Shown in pieces: positions 57,468 through 64,000 of a stretch of DNA of 64,000 bases (the stretch's first letter is position 1; each line of letters starts with the position of its first letter). The DNA is from an uncultured cyanobacterium (GTDB lineage Bacteria > Cyanobacteriota > Cyanobacteriia > Phormidesmidales > Phormidesmidaceae): contig CAWBZI010000001.1 of the NCBI GenBank assembly GCA_963793265.1, positions 256,001 to 320,000 of the forward strand. The letters are read 5' to 3'. The notes under the pieces were generated by a model. That model was not told the DNA's origin and searched no databases. It was given only the letters and a program-made list of their open reading frames with translations. A program made the translations under genes and the position numbers.

Positions 57468-59717
57468 GTGACGAATGTACAAACGCCTTTAGCTGAAGAC
57501 TCTGAATTGACTTACGGGCAACTGCTGAAAGTTTTGCGGCGAAGGATTTTATGGCTAGCGGGCGCGGCCGTCGGCTCAATCGGATTAGCGACACTCATGA
57601 CACTGGTTCAATCGCCCACTTACAAAAGCTCAATGCAGCTATTAGTCGAACCCAATGTCAGCTCCACATTTACATTTAACCCAGAGGAGGGTAGAGGCCC
57701 GGCCTCTTTTTCGGAGGTAGCACTCGACTATGCCACTCAGCTAAACTTGATGCGCAGCCAGCAGTTTGTTGAGCAGGTTGTTGCCTTGCTCGAAGTTAAC
57801 ACGCCCAACCTCTGCGCAGAAGTTGAGCGCCGAGAAGATTGCATTGAAGCATTTCAAGACTCGCTAAACCTGTTTCAGGTGGAAGAAGGTGACGCCAACA
57901 CGCGCATTTTTGAAGCCACTTTTACCAGTGACGATCCGCTCACAACCCAACAGTCTTTAGAGGCGCTGCAAACCGTATATTTAGACTACAACCTGAAGCA
58001 GCAGAAGCAGCGGCTTGATGAAGGACTAGCGCTGGTTAACCAACAGATTAAACAAGTTCAAGACGACTTACGTCAGTCTCAAGAATCGCTACAGCAGTTT
58101 CGCCAAGACGAAAATCTGATCGATCCTGAACAGCAGTCATTGGCAACGGCTGCGGCGCTAGATGAGCTGGCGTTAACCCGGCAGACAACGGAGGCTGATT
58201 TTCAGGAGACAATGGCTCAGTATGAGTCGCTTCAGCAGGCCCTTTCCCTAGACCCTCGGCAGGCAGTGATGGCTTCTCGGCTGAGCCAGTCTGGCCGCTA
58301 TCAGGGCTTGCTAGATGCTTTGCAAGCTAGCGAACTAGCGCTGGCCCAAAGGCTGGCTACCTATACTAACTCTGATCCTGTTGCCCAAGATTTGCAGGTG
58401 CAGCGCGATCGCCAGGTGAATTTGCTGCGGCAAGAAAGCCAGCGTCTTTTGGGCAGTGCAGACGCCAGCGAATCGCGTTTGCTAGCAGAGGGCCAGCTAG
58501 GCGAGAACGATTTGGCGCTGGTTCAAGAGATGATTACGACGAGAGTTAGGCTAGATAGCCTAGCGGCAAGACAGGCAAGTTTGGCTCAAACCGAGCAGTC
58601 TCTACAGCAGCTCCTCAATCGCTACCCTGACTTAATTGCTCAGTACGATCGCCTCCAGCCCGATGTAGAAACGCAACGCGCTTCGTTAGAACAACTGCTA
58701 GAAACTCGTCAGGAGCTGAGCAACGAGATAGCGCAAGGTGGCTTTAAGTGGGAGGTCGTAGAACCTCCTCTGCTAGGACGTAAGATTTCACCTAGCCTCA
58801 AGCAAAATCTGGCTCTCGGCGCAGTGGCAGGTCTTTTTATTGGTGGCATTCTTGCCTATGGCCGCGAAGCGCTCGATACTGTTGTCAGAACATCAGAAGA
58901 TCTAAGAAAGCAAACAGCACTGCCTCTATTAGGGGTGTTGCCTGAAGTTAAAGAACCTGCTGGCAAATATATTCCTAGATATATTCCACTGACGCGATCG
59001 CTCAAGACCTCTGCTGTAGAAATGTCTTCTTTACTGAGCAAAGTGCAGCAGGAGCCTTTTCGTGAAGCTATCGATTTAATTTACAAGAACATTCAGCTAG
59101 CCGCTGGCTCTCTCAAGTCAGTGATGGTGACCTCGGCAACGGCTGGAGAGGGTAAAACTACTCTGGCCGTTGGCTTAGCGTTGAGTGCAGCGCGATCGCA
59201 GCAGCGCGTTTTACTCATAGACGCCGACCTGCGCAATCCCGCGCTTCACCAGCAGCTAGGGCTTTCTAATACCGCCGGACTCACAACGCTATTGTCGTCG
59301 GCAGAGATGCCCCTACCGATCAGCGTTTTTCTGGGCGATACCCAAATAGACATTCTGCCAGCCGGGCCCCTTTCTCACGACCCCGTACGGCTGCTCAACT
59401 CTCATCGGATGAGAGAGTTAACGGCCAAGCTCGAACGCCAGTATGACCTGATTGTATTTGATACATCCACCCTTCTTGGACGGGTAGACGCCCTACAGAT
59501 TGCCTCTCTATGCAGAGGCGTTGTATTAGTTAGCCAGCTCGACCAAATTACCCAGGCCGAGCTGACTCAGGCAACGACTATTCTTTCTCGGGTTAACACG
59601 CTTGGCATTGTGGCCAACGGTCGCAGCAGTCCTTTATCTGTTTACTCATCGGATTCAATTCCCCTGCCCCCACTCGAAAATGGCGCTTCGCCCGCTACTT
59701 CTGCTGCTCGAACTTAA
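57468..59717 (+). CDS. wzc: Wzc polysaccharide co-polymerase / BY-kinase
   Basis: TSATAGEGKTT Walker A, IDADLRNP, VFDT. Confidence 0.92.
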   Translation: MTNVQTPLAEDSELTYGQLLKVLRRRILWLAGAAVGSIGLATLMTLVQSPTYKSSMQLLVEPNVSSTFTFNPEEGRGPASFSEVALDYATQLNLMRSQQFVEQVVALLEVNTPNLCAEVERREDCIEAFQDSLNLFQVEEGDANTRIFEATFTSDDPLTTQQSLEALQTVYLDYNLKQQKQRLDEGLALVNQQIKQVQDDLRQSQESLQQFRQDENLIDPEQQSLATAAALDELALTRQTTEADFQETMAQYESLQQALSLDPRQAVMASRLSQSGRYQGLLDALQASELALAQRLATYTNSDPVAQDLQVQRDRQVNLLRQESQRLLGSADASESRLLAEGQLGENDLALVQEMITTRVRLDSLAARQASLAQTEQSLQQLLNRYPDLIAQYDRLQPDVETQRASLEQLLETRQELSNEIAQGGFKWEVVEPPLLGRKISPSLKQNLALGAVAGLFIGGILAYGREALDTVVRTSEDLRKQTALPLLGVLPEVKEPAGKYIPRYIPLTRSLKTSAVEMSSLLSKVQQEPFREAIDLIYKNIQLAAGSLKSVMVTSATAGEGKTTLAVGLALSAARSQQRVLLIDADLRNPALHQQLGLSNTAGLTTLLSSAEMPLPISVFLGDTQIDILPAGPLSHDPVRLLNSHRMRELTAKLERQYDLIVFDTSTLLGRVDALQIASLCRGVVLVSQLDQITQAELTQATTILSRVNTLGIVANGRSSPLSVYSSDSIPLPPLENGASPATSAART

Positions 59718-59756
59718 TTAACTGCCTGCCTATTATCCTACGCCCCAAAGGTTCCT

Positions 59757-60692
59757 ATGACTTCACTGACTGCTCTACTCAAAACGCCTAGAATTCTATC
59801 TCTCCTTCAGCCTGAGAGCGAGGCGATCGCCCCCTTAGCACTGACTTGGCGGCGGCATTTGCTGCTAGTCGAGAGGATCAAAAACACGTCAGTTCAAGAC
59901 TCATTAAAAAACATTCCCGCTCTACAAAGTTTGCAGTGGCGCGAAGCCTGTCTACAGCATTCGTCGGTCAAAGCGGTTCGACTAGATTTGAGCTTGGGAG
60001 AAGACGCGCTAAGAAGCTGGGCTAATACCTGCGATCGCACTGGCAAGCACACCTTTATTCGCCTACCGACCGCCGCCTACCTACCTAAAATGCGCTCTCC
60101 TCACGCGTGGCGGTTCAAGCGAGTGGCTGACTGGTTGGCCGCTGCGATCTTGTTGCTCTGCGTAAGCCCTTTGCTGTTGCTAATAGCCGCCATCGTGTAT
60201 GTAGATTCGCCTGGCCCCATATTATTTAGACAATGGCGAGTCGGCTATCGCGGTCACCTGTTCCAAATTATAAAATTTAGAACCATGCGCACCGACGCCG
60301 AGCAGCTTCATCATCAGGTGATGGGTCAGCAAACAGGGCTGCACAAGTTAGAGAACGATCCGCGAATCACTTCGGTAGGCCGTTGGCTGCGAAAATATAG
60401 CTTGGACGAGCTGCCACAACTCCTCAATGTGCTGCAAGGAGAAATGAGCTTAGTAGGCCCAAGACCCTGGGCTCTATATGACGCGGTGCGAATTGAGCCT
60501 TTTCAGTCTCGACTGAATGCACTGCCCGGCGTAACAGGTGCCTGGCAGGTAAGTACACGCTCAGACGAAGTTGATATTGTCAGCGTTAGTAAGACAGACC
60601 TCACCTACCTCGCCAAGTGGTCGGTTCTAGAAGATTGCAAGCTGCTGTTACTGACAATCCCTAAAGTAATTTTAGGGTCGGGGTCTTACTAA
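59757..60692 (+). CDS. hepC: Priming sugar-1-phosphate transferase, HepC-like
   Basis: [41 protein letters not shown], with a cyanobacterial HepC-type N-terminal extension. Confidence 0.85.
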   Translation: MTSLTALLKTPRILSLLQPESEAIAPLALTWRRHLLLVERIKNTSVQDSLKNIPALQSLQWREACLQHSSVKAVRLDLSLGEDALRSWANTCDRTGKHTFIRLPTAAYLPKMRSPHAWRFKRVADWLAAAILLLCVSPLLLLIAAIVYVDSPGPILFRQWRVGYRGHLFQIIKFRTMRTDAEQLHHQVMGQQTGLHKLENDPRITSVGRWLRKYSLDELPQLLNVLQGEMSLVGPRPWALYDAVRIEPFQSRLNALPGVTGAWQVSTRSDEVDIVSVSKTDLTYLAKWSVLEDCKLLLLTIPKVILGSGSY

Positions 60693-60694
60693 AC

Positions 60695-62122
60695 ATGTTG
60701 GACGTAGTTGTAAGAGAGCAACATAAAAATCCTCGGACTTCTTCTATTATCTGGACAGTCATATGCGCCTATGGCCTAGTATCTGCTATTCTCATCTCAC
60801 TCAAGCTAGGAAGCCTGGTCAACCTTTTTTTCCCGTGTGGAGCAGTCATCGTCGGACTCACGCTTTACACGCTAGATCAGCCTATATATGCTGGATTCAT
60901 CTGGTGGCTTTGCTTCCTGTCTCCTTTAGTCAGACGTCTAGCAGACTTCAACGCTAGCTATACAGCGCCTAGTCCGATTCTACTAGCGCCCTATCTCACT
61001 ATTCTTGTCTGTCTCCCTAGCTTCTTCCAAAAGCTGCCTAAGACGCTTTACAAAGGAGGCGGGCCTTTTGCTTTAGCGACCTTTGGAATCGCCTACGGTT
61101 ACTGTGTTGGCTGTGTGATTGGCGCACCTTTTGCCGCCACACAAGGTCTTTTAGAATGGCTCTCTCCCGTTCTTTTTGGGTTTTATTTCTTCTTCAACTG
61201 GCGATCCTATCAACAAAACAAAAAGGTTACGCAAAAAGCGTTTATATGGGGTCTTTTAGTGATGGGTATCTACGGTATATATCAGTATTTAGTAGCGCCC
61301 GGCTGGGAGCAATTTTGGCTTGTCAATACGATGGGCAAAGGTTCATCATCGCTGATTTTACTAGGTACCCCTTTTGGTACTCCCGAACCTCTGGGCATTA
61401 GGGTTTGGAGCACTATGAATGGCCCGTATACGTTTGCATCCTTTATAATACCGGGTCTGCTGTTTCTCTTAAGCTACAGCGGGCCGCTACAGCCATTAAT
61501 ATCAGCGGTAGGCTATCTGAGTTTTTTGCTGTCGCTATCTAGAACGGCCTGGATAGGCTGGCTTGTCTCTATATCTGCATTTTTTGTGACGCTCAAACCC
61601 GATCAACAGCTTCGATTTATAGTTTTAGTTGTCGTTGCCTTGCTAGCAACAATACCGCTAATAATGATAGGTCCATTTACTGGACTTCTGACCTCTAGAA
61701 TCGAATCGCTTTTCAGTATTGCAGATGATGGTAGTGGGGCTGCAAGAGCTGCGACGTATCAAGCGCTTCTACGAAAGGCGCTCACATCGTTCTCAGGCTA
61801 TGGCTTAGGAAACATACCCGATGTAGGTACGGTGCTCGACAGCGCGATTTTGCTAATCCTATTTGAGCTTGGCCTTTTTGGAGCTATTCCTTATATCTCC
61901 GGCCTGTTACTGTCTGTTTTGCGCAACAACAACAGTAAACAGGCGAGAGCTGACACATTTTTAGGAGTGTCTAAGAGCTTCGTTTTTGGTAGCCTGTTTA
62001 TGTTTCCTTTAGCGCCTATCTTAAATACAGAAACAGCCATAGCCTTATGGGGATTTGTCGGATTGAAGCTTGCTGGAAATGAGTTTTATAGCAGCATAGA
62101 AAAAATAGACAGCGCCACCTGA
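60695..62122 (+). CDS. Wzy / O-antigen ligase-like membrane protein
   Basis: Multi-TM; VRRLADF, YGIYQY, RVWSTMN, SRTAW, GYGLG. Confidence 0.8.
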   Translation: MLDVVVREQHKNPRTSSIIWTVICAYGLVSAILISLKLGSLVNLFFPCGAVIVGLTLYTLDQPIYAGFIWWLCFLSPLVRRLADFNASYTAPSPILLAPYLTILVCLPSFFQKLPKTLYKGGGPFALATFGIAYGYCVGCVIGAPFAATQGLLEWLSPVLFGFYFFFNWRSYQQNKKVTQKAFIWGLLVMGIYGIYQYLVAPGWEQFWLVNTMGKGSSSLILLGTPFGTPEPLGIRVWSTMNGPYTFASFIIPGLLFLLSYSGPLQPLISAVGYLSFLLSLSRTAWIGWLVSISAFFVTLKPDQQLRFIVLVVVALLATIPLIMIGPFTGLLTSRIESLFSIADDGSGAARAATYQALLRKALTSFSGYGLGNIPDVGTVLDSAILLILFELGLFGAIPYISGLLLSVLRNNNSKQARADTFLGVSKSFVFGSLFMFPLAPILNTETAIALWGFVGLKLAGNEFYSSIEKIDSAT

Positions 62123-62165
62123 TGACTTATTTTCCCTATCTCTTGCACTTTATGGATCGTCTTCA

Positions 62166-63494
62166 ATGCAATTTTTAGCTTCTAAAATCAACTGGCTGAT
62201 TAAAGGAGACGGTGGCATTGCAGCGACGCTACAAACTGTTTTTTCTCGTTTTTTCATACTCGCTATAAATTTAGCAACCGGAATTATCACCGCTAGAATG
62301 CTAGGGCCAGAAGGTCGAGGGGAGCAGGCTGCCATTATTTTTTGGCCAGGGATATTAGCAAGTACGTTTACGCTAGGACTACCGATATCCATTGTTTATA
62401 ACTTTAGACGATATCCAGATAGAAGGCCGGAGATGTTCGCGAGTGCGCTCATTCTTTGCGTGGTCTTAGGGCTGCTTGCGTCTTTTACAGGTTATGCTTT
62501 CTTGCCCTACGTTTTAAACAAGTATTCAGCAGAGACGATAGCCTTTGCTCGAATTATGGTGTTTACGACAATCGCCATTCTGCTTAGCTTAGTTCTCTAT
62601 GGAGCCTACGAAGGAATACAAAAATTCTCAGTCTCTAACAAAGCACGTACTTCAATCGCGGTGTCAACGCTGCTGCTACTCGTTGCTTTCTCACTAACGG
62701 GAACGTTAACTTCTTACACCTCCTCGATAGCGTATTTAGCTATCTATGTGCCTATTGCGTTTTGTCTGTTGGTTGGGTTGTGGCGTACTTTGAAGCCGAG
62801 GGTAGAAAACATAGTCCCTTCTTCAAAACTGCTTATCAGCTATGGCGTTCGCTCCTATGGGATTGATCTGTTTAATGCTGTTTCAAATCAAGTAAATCAG
62901 GCGCTGGTTGTCAGCGCTTTGAGTCCTGTAGAAATGGGACTGTTCGCGATCAGCACGAGCTTTACTAATATGCTGTCTATCTTCAGGCTTTCTATTGTAA
63001 CTGTGCTGCTGCCTAAAATGGCGGCGCGATCGCAAAAGGAGGTGGTAGAGACTACAGGCCGTGCGGCTAGAATTTGCGCGGCCCTGACGCTTATGACTGG
63101 CTTAATAATGGTTGTTATAGCCCCTCAGCTCATAACGCTACTGTACGGTGCTGAATTTCTAGAGACTGTTGTATTATTTAGAATATCAGTGCTTGAGGTT
63201 CTTCTTTTAGGCATTACGCTGGTACTCTCTCAGGCATTTTTGTCTCTAAACAAACCGGGAATTGTTACAGTCTTACAAGCAACTGGCCTTGTCGCTGGTA
63301 TTCCGCTTCGGTTAATTTTAATTCCGGCCTATGGCTTTGTCGGCGCTGGAATAGCAATCCTGCTTTCAACCATAATCAGGTTTATATTCATACTTGCCTG
63401 TTTCCCAATCTTCTTAAAGTGCAAAGTACCTAATCTTCTGGTTACAAAGGCTGATATTTCATACCTAACGAAAAACATTCTCAAAATAACTTGA
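62166..63494 (+). CDS. wzx: Wzx-like flippase
   Basis: ITARMLGPEGRG, LLYGAEF, LIPAYGFVGAGIA; about 12 TMs. Confidence 0.88.
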   Translation: MQFLASKINWLIKGDGGIAATLQTVFSRFFILAINLATGIITARMLGPEGRGEQAAIIFWPGILASTFTLGLPISIVYNFRRYPDRRPEMFASALILCVVLGLLASFTGYAFLPYVLNKYSAETIAFARIMVFTTIAILLSLVLYGAYEGIQKFSVSNKARTSIAVSTLLLLVAFSLTGTLTSYTSSIAYLAIYVPIAFCLLVGLWRTLKPRVENIVPSSKLLISYGVRSYGIDLFNAVSNQVNQALVVSALSPVEMGLFAISTSFTNMLSIFRLSIVTVLLPKMAARSQKEVVETTGRAARICAALTLMTGLIMVVIAPQLITLLYGAEFLETVVLFRISVLEVLLLGITLVLSQAFLSLNKPGIVTVLQATGLVAGIPLRLILIPAYGFVGAGIAILLSTIIRFIFILACFPIFLKCKVPNLLVTKADISYLTKNILKIT

Positions 63495-63567
63495 GGAGTC
63501 TTCAGTCTAGAACATGCAGCTTTTTATATATTTCCAAAAGCAATTTAATAGTACTTGGTGAGGCGCA

Positions 63568-64000
63568 ATGCTTGTTTTCGTTATTCCTTTGAAAAGTAAA
63601 CTCGTTTCCCGTTCCTGGCCTACTGTAAGCGACCTATTCAGAAGAACTCTAGAATCAATCTGTCAGCAGACATCGACAAACTTTAAAGTCATCGTTGCTT
63701 GTCACGAAAAGCCTTCTGTTGGCTTTGAGCACGACAGTGTTGAGTACATTATTGTTGATCACTCTCCACCACTGCTAATAGGCGATCCTGCTGAAGATCG
63801 CAGGCGAAAAGAAACCGATCACGCAAAAAAATTATGGCTTGGCTTCGTTTATGCCAAATCTCTTAGTCCTTCGCATGTGATGGCTGTCGATGCTGATGAC
63901 TGTATAAGTCGTAGATTGGCAGCTCACGTAGATAAAAATATCCATAGCAATGGATGGTATATAGACCAGGGATTTGAATATCCCAACAAAGGAAATGTTA
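63568..64000 (+). CDS. GT-A fold glycosyltransferase, partial (runs off window end)
   Basis: Not in the ORF track. My translation gives MLVFVIPLKSK..S.SW...RTL.SIC.QT...F.VIVACHEKP...MAVDADD (DxD), open to 64000. Confidence 0.82.
   Translation, partial: MLVFVIPLKSKLVSRSWPTVSDLFRRTLESICQQTSTNFKVIVACHEKPSVGFEHDSVEYIIVDHSPPLLIGDPAEDRRRKETDHAKKLWLGFVYAKSLSPSHVMAVDADDCISRRLAAHVDKNIHSNGWYIDQGFEYPNKGNV

Noticed and set aside
59757..60692. Evidence for heterocyst formation
   Set aside because: HepC-like priming transferases also occur in non-heterocystous cyanobacteria, and no other het/hgl genes are present.
1..64000. GCGATCGC abundance as a novel repeat
   Set aside because: This is the well-known cyanobacterial HIP1 sequence.

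Overview
Chromosomal window from a cyanobacterium. The HIP1 octamer GCGATCGC occurs throughout, and there are HepC-, RcaC- and CP12-like genes; the taxon cannot be fixed from sequence alone. It carries three separate Wzx/Wzy-type exopolysaccharide loci: wza-wzc at the left edge (<1-2110), a sulfotransferase-containing cluster (17551-28292), and a hepC-containing cluster running off the right edge (54986->64000). Housekeeping and accessory genes lie between them (tsaE, parA-like, HU, rimK plus its protease, SDR, ltrA, pepE, and a Pho-box-preceded alkaline phosphatase/5'-nucleotidase). Four regions stand out. (1) A five-gene operon in which a cytoplasmic UrtA/AmiC-like sensor-PP2C phosphatase, a SiaB-like kinase and a STAS protein surround a His kinase/NarL-type pair (35280-40263). 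(2) An uncharacterised membrane protein-lipoprotein-degenerate FHA/Cys4-glycosyltransferase operon with a divergent GT4 and a twin 16-bp operator-like repeat (5611-10618). (3) A putative beta-barrel plus a secreted NVSDVTGP octapeptide-repeat protein divergent from wza (2576-4183). (4) An RcaE/F/C-like phosphorelay beside a CBS-CP12-like gene and a degenerate hydrogenase-maturation protease, with three clustered single-base frameshifts. No rRNA, tRNA, CRISPR array or transposase was seen. All family assignments come from motif recognition by eye, not from database searches.
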